A stretch of DNA of 64,000 nt from Squalus acanthias (lineage: Eukaryota). The stretch spans positions 62,001 to 126,000 of the forward strand of contig JASTWF010000033.1 of NCBI GenBank assembly GCA_030390025.1, read 5' to 3'. Position 1 is the stretch's first letter. Each line of letters opens with the position of its first letter. Positions 1-12,315 of this stretch are shown here, in pieces. The notes under the pieces were generated by a model. That model saw only the letters and a list, made by a program, of their open reading frames with translations, did no database searches and was not told the origin of the DNA. Both the position numbers and the translations under genes were made by a program.

Positions 1-700
1 TGGGGTTTCACAGTGTATCAGGATCCTGCCAGGTGTGTATGGGTTTCACAGTGTATCAGGATCCTGCCAGGTGTGTATGGAGTTTCACAGTGTATCAGGA
101 TCCTGCCAGGTGTGTATGGGGTTTCACAATGTATCAGGATCCTCTCAGGTGTGTATGGGTTTCACTATCAGGATCAGGTATGGGGTTTCACAGTGTATCA
201 GGATCCTGCCAGGTGTGTATGGGGTTTCACAGTGTATCAGGATCCTGCCAGGTGTGTATGGGTTTCACAGTGTATCAGGATCCTGCCAGGTGTGTATGGG
301 TTTCACAGTGTATCAGGATCCTGCCAGGTGTGTATGGGGTTTCACAGTGTATCAGGATCCTGCCAGGTGTGTATGGGGTTTCACCGTGTATCAGGATCCT
401 GCTAGGTGTGTATGGGGTTTCACAATGTATCAGGAACCTGCCAGGTGTGTATGGGGTTTCACAGTGTATCAGGATCCTGCTAGGTGTGTATGGGGTTTCA
501 CAGTGTATCAGGCACCTGCCAGGTGTTTATGGGGTTTCAAAGTGTATGGCGTTCCTGCCAGGTGTGTATGGGGTTTTACATTGTATCTGTATCCTGCCAG
601 TTGTTTACTGGTTCTCACAAAGTTTCAGGATTCGGCCAGGTGTGCAGATGGCTTCACTTTATATCAGGATTCTGCCAGGTGTGTTTGGGATTCCGCAATT
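1..700 (+). repeat. 39-bp satellite array (consensus TGGGGTTTCACAGTGTATCAGGATCCTGCCAGGTGTGTA), array 1; runs off the window start
   Basis: Directly visible tandem units with a GGATCC per unit, decaying toward ~700. It explains the repetitive ORFs (GVSQCIRILPGVY). Confidence 0.97.
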
Positions 701-1668
701 GCAACAGTTGTTCAGATTTTCTCACACACTGCTTGTCAAAACCATTCTTATTGCTGTGGTAGAGGCTATTCTGGTTGGAAATATGGAACGAGTGATCATT
801 GATGAATTAAATGATCCTTCACTCGGTTTTACACAGTCTGGTAGAATTGCATTATATTTAATCAGAGATTTGTGTTGAATATTTAAGTTTTTGAGTTTTA
901 TTTTATATTCTGGTACTTTATCAAGATGATATTTATCCGCATATACAATATATAGCTGGGTGTGATCCCTCTAGTCCCTATGGGCTGTGACATTGTTCGT
1001 GTGTTCTTAGAAATGTGTCCTGGTTGGTGCTTCTATTTGAATATAGTGACCATATCTCTCATGGTGCCAGCACCTGACTAAGGAGCACTGTAGGAGGTGA
1101 GGACATTTCCTGTTGTTCCACTAATATTAACACCAATGCAAAATGTTATGAAGCATGTACCTTTATACAGTAAGGTGATATTTATGTTTGGAATTTTTCG
1201 TTCTGAAATGTGGGCCCCGCCGTTGTCAGTTAAATTAAATAGTATTGGGCACCAAACGGTTCATTGAGTGAATTCATCGCGCGTTATTGTAAAAAAAATA
1301 AAAGCATACGGAGTTAGAAAGGATCAGATTCGCACGCGTGTCTGACTGAACTGTAAATTCTACAATAGGGTGGAGGCGCCGTGGGTCCACAATGGGGTAA
1401 AACCCCAGAGTTCGTGTTCCTGCTTTCTGTCCCGCAACCGCTGTGTCTGTGGGGAGACTGGTGGAGATCAGGAGTGGGATTAACCCTGAAATCGCCGGTG
1501 TAAAATGGCCTGTCCTCAGTCACGATCTGAGCCCACACTCACATAATAGCCGCAATACGGAGGCTGGAGAGCAAATCAGACAGCGGGAAATAGGCTTTAG
1601 AGAGGATGAGTAAAGTACGAAATGGAATAAAACACAGAAATGAAGCTTATAATTTACATTAACCTTAC

Positions 1669-1967
1669 CTCGATCGCCCAAGGATTTTCTGACTCTGTAT
1701 TTCCGTGTTGATTTTGCGAGTTACATCCTTATTATTTCAGTGGAACCTTTCAGGCAGAAGTTCCTTGTTTTATTTTATCAGGTCACAAATTGTGAATTTG
1801 ATCTGATCCCTGTTCTGTGAGACTCAGAGCTCCGCCCTCTGCGTGAAAGCTACTGCCCGCCCTCAGGATGGATTTCAACTCAAACATTCCTCATTTGCTT
1901 CAGAACAGGGTGCGGCCTTTCTGGCCAAATCAAATCCAACCGGTTTGACAATTCGCAGCCACCTCAC
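1669..1967 (-). other. Putative non-coding (5' UTR-like) exon, copy 1
   Basis: On the minus strand: CTAAC branch point + TTTGTTTACAG acceptor, and GAG|GTAAGG donor. Stops in all three sense frames. Confidence 0.45.
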
Positions 1968-2977
1968 CTGTAAACAAAGTTAGTTATAAAATTTACTTCA
2001 TCTCTTGTTCCAGGGAAGTTCAGTAAAACAGAGATTGCAAAATGTGCCGGGGCCCTGCCACCTGTTAATAATTTGAGTAATTACTTTTAATATAAAGATC
2101 ATTAATTGATTTCCTCCTGTCTGTGTGAAAGTTGGTTTCAGCCTGAAACCGATTTCCGTCTAAAACATTCTTAAAGTTTGTTTCTCTCTAAAGGGATCGG
2201 TCTGTCTGATTTTTCGGCCAGTTTGATACTAATCGCGTCATTAACGTGAATTTATTTTAGCATAAGCACAAGTCCATGCTCCATTCTCTCCCCTAATTCA
2301 CATGCGTTCCTGACTGAGTTGAACAGTGATTTATCGGTTATGCAGCATTTTATTATAACAATTAATTGGGGACAAGTTTATTATCTCCGAAGTTGCGCCG
2401 ATCGAGTGACGGAATCATATTAATTCCGGACTCAGGTAACGCGAAGCTGATTTTCCAGGTGCTCGTCACAGAGCGATAATCGACCAGTGCGAATGTGTTA
2501 ACCCCTTACTGAGTTGAACTGTGTGTTGGGTCTGAACTGCTGGTCCCGCCTTTAATCAGTTAAATAAAACTGTGCTGGACACCAAACGGTTCAGTGAGTA
2601 ACAGTCCGCACTGAGTTCCAAGGACCAGGTTCCCAGCTCTGTTTACTGAACTGCAAATTCTAACATGGGAAGGAGGCGCCGCTGGACTTGGCTGGGTTAA
2701 ATCCTCAGAGTTCGTGTTCCAGCTTTCTGTCCCGCAACCGCTTCAAACTGTGTCTGTGGGGAGACTGGGGGAGACCAGGAGTGGATTAACCCTGAAATCC
2801 CCGGTGTAAAATGAACTGTCCTCAGTCACAGTCTGAGCCCACACTCACAGAATAGCCGCAACACCGAGGCTAGAGAGCAAATCAGACCGCGGGAAATAGG
2901 CTTTAGAGAGGAAGAGTAAAGGGAAAAATTGAAGAATAAAACACAGAAATGAAGCTTAAAAGGTACATTAACCTTAC

Positions 2978-3273
2978 CTTGATCCCGCAAGAATATTTTG
3001 TCTCTATTTCCGTGTAGATTTTGCGAGTAATATCCTTGTTATTTCATTACAACCAATCAGTTAGAAGTTCTTTGTTTTATTTGAGCAAGTCACAAATTGT
3101 GAATTTGATCTGTTGCTTGTTCTGTGAGACTCAGAGCTCCGCCCTCTGTGTGAAAGCTGCTGCCCGCCCTCAGGGCGGATTTCAGCTCAAACATTCCTCA
3201 TTGGCGTCAGAACAGGGAGCGGCCCGTATAACCAAATCAAATCCAAGCGGTTGACAATTTTCTGCGGCTTCAC
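2978..3273 (-). other. Putative non-coding (5' UTR-like) exon, copy 2
   Basis: On the minus strand: CTAACTGTGTTCACAG acceptor and AAG|GTAAGG donor. Homologous to copy 1. Confidence 0.45.
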
Positions 3274-4008
3274 CTGTGAACACAGTTAGTTATAAAATGT
3301 TATCCCTTCTTGTTCCTGGGAAGGTCAGTAAAACAGACACATGGTTAGAAATAAATTGTTACATTTCCATCTGAGACATTGTTTGCTAAAAGTCTGATCG
3401 ATTTGCTGATGTTTGGGTTTGAGCCCAGGCTCCCAGAGCCAATGTCTTGTCAGTGAGCTGAGGGGAGGCTGTTTCAGTCCGTGAGGACATCAACCATTTA
3501 ACCGCCGAATTAAATTATCCCCGAGCATCAATTGCCTCAGCTACTGGGGGAATGAGTACTGACTTTCCACAGTTATATTTATCATTGTGAATCTGCAGCA
3601 GATACACCCCTTGCATTGTTAGACACAGAAAGGACCATTCCTGTGCTGAATTCGGTATCAAGGTTGGATTCTCCTAATTTTCAGGGTGGTTCTCAGACAG
3701 TAATAAATAGCCCCACCCCGGGATGGATGTGTCTGAAGAGAGAAACTGTTTGAGGACACATTCTGGTGATAATTCCGAGGGGAGGATTGCGATATTTTTT
3801 TTCTCTCTCTCATATCAACTCTTTTTTAACCAGGATTAATGATTCACTACGGCCGGTCGCACAGCCTGAAGAGGCAGTCCCAAACATCCCATAATATTTG
3901 TCTTCCTATGAACACCCGCGCCATACATCTTCCCTTTACTGATAATTATTATCAATCGTTAGTTTAAGCTGAAAGCTTCATATTAAAAAGAAGCATTCAT
4001 ACGAACAA

Positions 4009-4264
4009 AAGAAAAGGCTGCAAAATCTCAGCAGGCCAGGAAATGGAATAGATTTTAAAGCAAGTTTAGGGGCTGGGAAAGGTTGGAGGGCATGAAATAA
4101 CATCTATTCCATTTCCTGCTTTGTTTCCAGTTCTGACGGAAGGTCTTCGACCTGAAACGTTAACACTGTTTCTCTCTCCACGGATGCTGCCTGGCCTGTT
4201 GAGATTTTCCAGCGTTTTCTGTTGATATTTCGGATTTCCAGCATCCGCAGTATTTTGCTATTGA
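4009..4264 (+). mobile_element. Short non-autonomous Penelope-like terminal-repeat insertion with an inverted 5' piece
   Basis: 14-bp TSD ATTCATACGAACAA at 3995-4008 and 4265-4278. The 3' part is homologous to the Penelope end at 52120-52220. The 5' part is an inverted copy of internal sequence. Confidence 0.8.
4130..4164 (+). ncRNA. Minimal type I hammerhead ribozyme motif (core variant CUGACGG)
   Basis: gtt-CTGACGG-a-aggtc(ttc)gacct-GAAA-cg-TT-aac. Stems I and II pair; the core A9 is mutated to G. Confidence 0.6.
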
Positions 4265-4388
4265 ATTCATACGAACAAGTCCATCTCAGAAAATTAACTG
4301 TTAAATGAACAATGCGGGTAATAGCGGCGTTTAAAATGATAGAAGTACCAAAAGTGTGTGATTTCCCCTGGTGGGAGATTCCAGATAA

Positions 4389-5528
4389 ACAGTGTATCAG
4401 GATCCTGCCAGCTGTGTATGGGGTTTCACAGTGTATTAGGATAATGCCTGGTTTTTATGGGGTTTCACAGTGTATCAGGGTCCAGCCAGGTGTGTATGGG
4501 GTATCAGAGTCTATCACGATCGTGCGAGGTGTGTATGGGCCTTCACAGTGTATCAGGATCCTGCCAGGTGTGTATGGGCCTTCACAGTGTATCAGGATCC
4601 TGCCAGGTGTGTATGGGCCTTCACAGTGTATCAGGATCCTGCCAGGTGTCTATGGGTTATCACAGTGTATCAGGATCCAACCAGGTGTGTATGAGGTTTC
4701 ACAGTGTATCAGGATCCTGCCAGGTGTAAATGGGGCTTTACAGTGCAGCAGGATCCTGCCACGTGTGTATGAGGTTTCACATTGTATTTGGATCCAGACA
4801 GATGTGTGAGGCGTGCAACACTGTATCAGTATCCTGCCAGGTGTTTAAGGGGATTCACAGTGTATTGGGATCGTGCCAGTTGTGTACTGGGTTCCACAGT
4901 GTATCAGGATCCTGTCAGGTGTGTATGGGGTTTCACAGTTTATCAGGAACCTGCCAGGTGTGTATGGATTTCACAGTGTATCAGTATCCTGCCAGGTGTG
5001 TACGGGGTTTCACAGTGTATCGGGATCCTGCCAGGTGTGTATGGGGTCTCACAGTCTATCAGGATCCTGCCAGGTGTGTATGGGCTTTCACAGTGTATCA
5101 GGATCCTGCCAGGTGTGTATGGGCTTTCACATTGTATCAGGATCCTGCCAGGAGTGTATGGGGTTTCACAGTGTATCAGGATCCTGTCAGGTTTGTATGG
5201 GGTTTCATAGTGTATCAGGATTCTGCCAGGTATTAATTGGGTTCCACACTGTATGAGCATCCCGCCAGGTGTATTACGGGTTTCACAGTGTATCAGGATC
5301 CTGCCAGGTGTGTATGTGGTTTCACCGACTATCAGGAATCTGCCAGGTCTGCATGGAGTTTTATAGTGTAACAGGATCCTGCCAGGTTGGTGTGGGGTTT
5401 CACAGTATATATGGTACCGTCCAGATTTATATGGGGTTTCGCAATGTATCAGGATCCTGCCATGTGTGTATGGGGTTTCACAGTGTATCAGGATCCTGCC
5501 AGGTGTGTATGGGGTTTCTCATTGCATC
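4389..5528 (+). repeat. 39-bp satellite array 2
   Basis: Same unit as 1-700, more diverged. Confidence 0.97.
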
Positions 5529-5574
5529 GTTTCACTCTTTCCCTTGCTTCTACCTTTTCCACTTCGACCGATAT

Positions 5575-6261
5575 TTTGTCAGCTCGATAGAACCACTACT
5601 AACCGAGCTGGCCGAGTCCTGAAGAACATAACTGCCAGTCTGGGCCTGCGCCAGGTGGTGAGGGAACCAACAAGAGGGAAAAACCTACTTGACTACGTCC
5701 TCACCAATCTACCTGTCGCAGATGCATCTGTGCATGACAGCATTGGCAGCAGTGACCACCGCACAGTCATTGTGGAGACGAAGTCCCGTCTTCACACTTA
5801 GGACACCCTCCATCGTGTTGTGTGGCATTACCACCGTGCTGAATGGGATAGATTCAGAACAAATCTAGCAGCTCCAAACTGGGCATCCATGAGGTGCTGT
5901 GGGTCATTAACAGCAGCAGAATTGTATTCCACAAACATCTGTAACCTCATGGCCCGGCATAGCCCTCACACTACGATTACCACCAAGCCAGGGGACCAAC
6001 CCTGTTTCAACAACGAGTGTAGAAGGGCATGCCAGGAGCAGCACCAGACGTAGCTAAAAATGAGGTGCCAACCTGGGGAAGCTGCAACAAAGGACAACAT
6101 GCATGCTAAAAGGTGGAAGCAGCATGCTATAGATAGAGCTAAGCTATCCCACAATCAACGGATCAGATTAAAGCACTGTAGTCCTGCCACATCGAGTCGT
6201 GAATGGTGCTGGACCATTAAACAACTAACGGGAGGAGGAGGCTCCATGAATATCCCCATCC
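5575..6261 (+). mobile_element. LINE ORF2 fragment (APE endonuclease C-terminus + linker), a family distinct from the main CR1
   Basis: Translation PTRGKNLLDYVLTN...SDHRTVIVE, then WHYHRAEWDRF, with stops. Confidence 0.8.
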
Positions 6262-7045
6262 TGTAGGCTTCGGAAAATCCCCCAGAAACTCGAACAGAAC
6301 CCTAACTGAAGTGATTTGAGGTAAAACCCTCAGTTTTGGACATTTTTAAGGATCACAAGAAGAAAACCCTGAGGAAAATGACTTTTCGAATCTTACTGTT
6401 GGGAAAGACACCTTTCACAGACACACAGGCTGCAGAGGGCGTGGCCAGGCAGTGTATTAAGCTGTCTGGCAGTGTGTTTACACTGCCTTCCTATCAAGGA
6501 GGAAAATACAAAACCCAAAAGCCTCACAACACATCGAAATATGAATAATCCAAGACCTTTTTTTAAATCAATAAAACATTAAGCAACCCGATTCACTTCA
6601 TCAAGAACCAATCAACCAGGTATCCACAGGACAGATTTAAAAGCCGCCAATAGACCTTGGATAATAGGGATGAGATTTGACGCGTAGATAAGGTTTTGCC
6701 GAAATCGGCGAAAGATCAGGACATGTTTAGCTCTAAGTTAAAGCCATTGGAACTGGCAAGCCCGCCAAAACTAGACAATGGATTAAATAGGGTTCATTTG
6801 AAACCTAAAGGAAACCGTTTTAGTAAGGGGTTTAGGGCGCGAATAAGACAATATAATTGGAGCCTGTCCCAAGACTCTCTCTCTTTTGGACTCGCTGACA
6901 ACGCTGGAACAGCTCTCTCTCTCTCTCTCTCTCTCAGCCCTGCTCCAGCAAAAGACACCACAAGCCTCGAGGAGGAGGAAAGGAACGCCAACAACTCCAC
7001 AAACAGACGCAAGAAGAAACCAGAGCGACTGCCTCAGTGACCATC
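6262..7045 (+). mobile_element. Possible truncated LTR (solo LTR-like)
   Basis: Starts with TGT exactly where the LINE fragment breaks. TATA-like ATATAA at ~6851 and a (CT)n tract. No 3' CA or second LTR seen. Confidence 0.3.
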
Positions 7046-8178
7046 GGACCCACACCCCATTGAACCAGCCCCACACCACACGGATGCAGCCCCACACTCC
7101 ACTGAAACAGACCTACACTCCTCTGACACTGCCCCACACCCCACTGACCCAGCCCCACACCCCACTGACCCAGCCCCACACCGTACTGACCCAGCCCCAC
7201 ACCCCACTGACCCAGCCCCACACCGTACTGACCCAGCCCCACACTCCACTGACCCAGCCCCACACCCCACTAACCCAGCCCAACACCCCACTGACCCAGC
7301 CCTACACACCACACTGACATAGCCCAACACTCCACTGACCCAGCCACACTGCCCGCTGACCCAGACCCGTCCCCCACTTACCCAGCCCCACACAATTTTG
7401 ACCCAGCCCTACACTGCATTGATGCAGCCTCACACTCCACTGAAACAGACCTACACTCCTCTGACCCTGCCCCACACCCAACTGACCCAGCCCCACACCC
7501 AACTGACCCAGCCCCACAACCCACTGACCCAGCCCCACAACCCACTGACCCAGCCTCACACCCCACTGACACAGCCCCACACCCAACTGACACAGCCCCA
7601 CAACCCACTGACCCAGCCCCACAACCCACTGACCCAGCCTCACACCCCACTGACACAGCCCCACACCCAACTGACCCAGCCCCACAACCCACTGACCCAG
7701 CCCCACACCCCACTGACACAGCCCCACACCCAACTGACACAGCCCCACACCCAACTGACCCAGCCCCACAACCCACTGACCCAGCCCCACAACCCACTGA
7801 CCCAGCCCCACACCCCACTGACACAGCCCCACACCCAACTGACCCAGCCCCACAACCCACTGACCCAGCCCTGCACCCCACTAAACAAGCCCTACACCCC
7901 ACTGACCCAGCCCTACAACGCACTGACCCAGCCCCACACCCCACTGACCCAGTCCTGCAGCACACTGACCCAGTCCTGCACCACACTGACACAGCCCTAC
8001 ACCCCACAGACCCAGCCCTACACCCCACTTACACAGCCCTACACCCGACTGAACCAGCCCTACACTGCACTGACCCAGCCACAATCCACTTTGACCCAGC
8101 CCCATACCCCAATGAACCACGCCCACACCCCAATAACCCAGTCACACTCCCCACTGACACAGCCCCACACACCACTGA
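7046..8178 (+). repeat. 21-bp C-rich satellite (CCCCACACCCCACTGACCCAG), part 1
   Basis: Directly visible tandem units; source of the PHTPLTQ / PAPHPTD ORFs. Confidence 0.97.
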
Positions 8179-9240
8179 GATAGAAGCATAGAAGATAGGA
8201 ACAGGAGTAGGCCATTCGGCCCCTCGAGCCTGCTCTGCCATTGAATGAGATCATGGCTGATCATCCAAATTCAGTACCCTATCCCTGCTTTCTCCCCATA
8301 TCCCTTGACCACTTTAGCCTTAAGAAATATATCTATCTCCTTCTTGAATATATTTAATGAATTGGCCTCAACTGTCTTCTGTGGTAGAGAATTCCACAGG
8401 TTCACCACTCTCTGGGTGAAGAAATTCCTCCTCATCTCAGACCTAAATGGATCACCCCTTATCCTTAGACTGTGACCTCTGGTTCTGGACTCCCCGCCAT
8501 CGGGAACATCCTTCCTGCATCTAGTCTGACTAGTCCTGTTAGAATTTTATAAGTTTCAATGAGATCCCCTCCCATTCTTCGAAACACAAGCGAATATAAG
8601 TCTAGTCGACCCAATCTCTATTAATACGACATTCCTGCCATCCCAGGTATCAGTCTGGTCAATCTTCACTGCACTCTCTCCATGGCAAGAACATCCTTCC
8701 TCAAATAAGGCAACCAAAACTGCACACAATACTCAAGGTGTGGTCTCACCAATGCCTTGTACAACTGCAGCAAGAGATCCTTGCTCCTGTACTCGAATCC
8801 TCTCGCGATGAAGGCAAAATAACCATTAGCCTTCTTAACGGCCTACTGCACCTGCATGCTTACCTTCAGCGACTGGTGCAAAAGGACTCACAGATATCGT
8901 TACACTTCCCCTTTTCCCAATCTATTGCCGTTAAGATAATCATCTGTCTTCCTGTTTTTGCCACCAAAGTGGATAACCTCGCATTTATCCACATTATACT
9001 GCATCTGTCATGCATCTGCCCAATCACCCAACCTGTCCAAATCATACTGGAGTTTCTCTGCAGCCACCTCACAGCACACACGCGCACCAAGCTTTGTGTC
9101 GTCTGCAAACTTAGAGATCTTACATCAAGTTCCCACGTCTAGATCATTAATTTATATTGTGGATAGCTGGGGTCCTAGCACCGATCAATGTGGTACCCCA
9201 CTAGTCACTGCCTGCCACTCGGAAAAAGACCCGTTTATTG
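8179..9240 (-). mobile_element. CR1 LINE 3' fragment inserted in the 21-bp satellite
   Basis: Minus-strand INGSFSEWQAVTSGVP...FADDTK homology and a CR1 3' tail at ~8180. Confidence 0.93.
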
Positions 9241-9243
9241 CAG

Positions 9244-11837
9244 TCACTGACCCAGCCCCACAACACACTGACCAAGTCCCACACCCCACTGACACAGCCC
9301 CACACCACAATGACACAGGCCTACACCCCAATGACCTAGCCACAATCCCCACTGACACAGCCCCACACCCCACTAACCCAGATCAACACCGCAATTACAC
9401 AGGCCTACACCCTACTGACCCAGCCGCACACCCCACTGACCTCGCCACACAACCCACAGATCCAGCCCCATACGCCACTGACCCAGCCCAACACCCCGCT
9501 GACCCAGCCACACACCCCACTGACACAGCCACACACTCCACTGATCCAGGCCCACACCCCACTGACCTCGCCACACACCCCACTGATCCAGCCCCATATG
9601 CCACTGACCCAGGCCCACACCCCACTGACACAGCCCCACACCCCACTGACCCAGCCCCACACCCCACTGACCCAGCCCCACAGCCCACTGACCCAGCCAC
9701 ACACCCCAATGACCCAGCCCTACACCCCACTGACCCAGCACCACACCCCTCTGACCCAGCCCCACACCCCACTGACCCAGCAACACACCCCAGTAACCCA
9801 GGCCTACACCCCACTGACCCATCCCTACACCCCTCTGACCCAGCCCCACAACCCACTGACCCAGCCACACACCCCAGTAACCCAGGCCTACACCAAAATG
9901 ACCGAGTCCCACACCGCACTGACACAGCCACACTCACCACTGACCCAACCCCACACCCCACTGACCCAGCCCCACACCACACTGACCCAGCCCCACACCC
10001 CACTGACCCAGCCCCACACCCCTCCAACCCAGCCCCACACCCCACTGACCCAGCCCCACACCCCACTGACCCAGCCCCACACCCCACTGACACAGCACCA
10101 GAACCCACTGTCCCATTCCCACACCCCAGTGACCCAGCCCAGCACCCAACTGACACAGCCCCAAAACCCACTGATCCAGCCCCACACTCCACTGACCCAG
10201 CCCCACACACCACTGACCCAGACCCCACACCCCACTGACACAGCCCCAAACACAACTGACCCAGACCTACAGCTAACTGACAGAGCCCCAATCCCCACTT
10301 ACCCAGCCCCACACCCAAGTGCCACAGCACCCCACCCCACTGACCGAGACTCACACCCCTCTGACCCAGCCCCACACCTCACTGACCCAGCCCCACACCC
10401 CACTGACACAGCCCACACCACACTGACCCAGCCCCACACCCCACTGACACAGCCCACACCCCACTGACCCAGCCCCACTCACCACTGACCAAGCCCCACA
10501 CCCCACTGGCCCAGCCCCACACCGCACAAAATGGCCCCATACCCAAACCCCACTGAACCAGCCCAACACCCAACTGACCCAGCCCCTCACCCCACTGAAC
10601 CAGCCCCGTCCCCCACTGACCCAGCCCCAAACTTCACTGACCCAGCCCCACACCCCACTGACCCAGCCCCAAACCCCACTGACCCAGCCCCACATCCCAG
10701 TGGACAAGCGTGGCACCCAACTGACAGAGCCCCAAAAACAACTGTCCGAGTCACACACTCCTCTGGACCAGCCCCACACCCCACTGACGAAGCCTCACAC
10801 CCGACTGACGAAGCCCCACACCCCACTGATCCAGCCCCACACCCCACTGACACAGCCCCACACCCCACTGACGAAGCCTCACACCCGACTGATCCAGCCC
10901 CACACCCCACTGACCCAGCCCCACACCCACACCCCACTGACCCAGCCCCATACCCAACTGACCCAGCCCCCCCAAACCCACTGACCGAGCCCCACAACCC
11001 TCTGACACAGCACCAATCCCACTGACCCAGCCCCCCACACCCCACTGACCCAGCCCCAACACCCCACACCCCACTGACCCAGCCCTACACCCCACTGATC
11101 CAGCCCCACACCCCACTGACCCAGCCCCGTCCCGCACTTACCTAGCCCCACACCCAAGTGCCACAGCCCCACACCCAACTGACCGAGCCTCACACCCCAC
11201 TGACCCAGCCCCACACCCCACTGACACAGCCCAACACCCCACTGAGCGAGCCTCACACCCCTCTGACCCAGCCCCACACCTCACTGACCCAGCCCCACAC
11301 CCCACTGACTCAGCCCCACTCACCACTGACCCAGCCCCACACTCCAGAGACCCGGCCCCTCAGCCCACTGACCCAGCCCCACACCCCACTGACACAGCCC
11401 CACTCACCACTGACCCAGCCCCACACTCCAGAGACCCGGCCCCACAGCCCACTGACCCAGCCCCACACGCCACTGACGCAGCCCCACAACACACTGAACC
11501 AGAACCACACCCTACTCTTCCAGCCCCGCACACCACTGACCCAGCCCCACACCCCACTGACCCAGCCCCACGCCCCACTGACCCAGCCCCACACTCCATT
11601 GACCCAGCACCACACACCACTGACACAGTCCCGCACCCCACTGACCCAGCCCCGCACGCCACTGGCCCAGCCCTACACCCCACTGACCCAGCCCCACACC
11701 CCACTGACCCAGCCGTACACCCCACTGATCCAGCCCCACACCCCAGTGACCCAGCCCCACACCACACTGACCCAGCCCCACATCGCTCTAACCCAGTCCC
11801 ACACCCCACTGACTCAGCCCCAAAACCACACTGACCC
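9244..11837 (+). repeat. 21-bp C-rich satellite, part 2
   Basis: Same unit continues after the CR1 insertion. Confidence 0.97.
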
Positions 11838-12315
11838 ATCTGGGAGATGTTTGAAATGTCACCGGTGAATGCCTGAAATGACCCACCTGCAAAGAAGTTC
11901 AGCGCTGTGGTTATCTTCACGGACACTGACAAGCCAGTGTGGGTCTTCGAGCGTGTTTGAAGGCCGTCCTTTAACATGTCACGTAGTCGGCCGATTGCCT
12001 CTTTACTAAAGTGCAGCGTCCTCACACACAACTCCTCTGACATCTTCTCAAAAGTGAGAAGTCGCACAACACCAGGTTATAGTCCAACAGTTTTATTTGA
12101 AATCACAAGCTTTCGGAGCGCTGACGAAGAAACAGCGCTCCGAAAGCTTGTGATTTCAAATACAACAGTTGGACTATAACCTGCTGTTGTGCGACTTCTC
12201 ACATTTGTCCACCCTAGTCCAACACCGGCATCTCCACATCATCTTCTCAAAAGACAGCCTCTCCCTGTACACTCTCTGGGTGGGTAGTAGTTCCTCCTGA
12301 TCAGGCGGCGGTCAT
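11838..12315 (-). mobile_element. PIF/Harbinger (HARBI1-like) transposase N-terminal remnant
   Basis: Removing the 12055-12239 insertion restores RVYRERLSFEKMSEELCVRTLHFSKEAI...VKITTALNFFAGGSFQAFTGDISNISQ. Truncated by the satellite. Confidence 0.8.
12055..12239 (+). mobile_element. Palindromic Penelope terminal-repeat insertion with a degenerate hammerhead core
   Basis: TSD CATCTTCTCAAAAG at 12041-12054 and 12240-12253. ~70-bp inverted arms around a 9-nt loop. The right part is homologous to the Penelope end at 38200-38323. Confidence 0.85.

Larger units (their letters stand above)
715..3336 (-). other. Inverted paralog of the NLR-gene upstream region (matches 15983-21760), with an internal tandem duplication
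   Basis: Reverse complement of 715-1195 matches 21268-21760. 2100-2555 matches 16735-16844 plus 18258-18600. 1216-2032 and 2545-3336 match each other and 15983-16735 inverted. Confidence 0.9.

Noticed and set aside
1..700. Functional V(D)J recombination signal array / antigen-receptor locus
   Set aside because: Heptamer only, no nonamer at 12 or 23 spacing, and no V, D, J or C segments in the window.
13..5622. Long overlapping ORFs with GVSQCIRILPGVY / FTVYQDPARCVW repeats (also 32579-34216)
   Set aside because: Products of a 39-bp (multiple of 3) satellite that is open in several frames, with frequent unit indels. No splice or start context.
6886..11868. Pro/His/Thr-rich and Gly-rich ORFs up to 426 aa (mucin- or extensin-like)
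   Set aside because: Translations of the 21-bp satellite, open on both strands.
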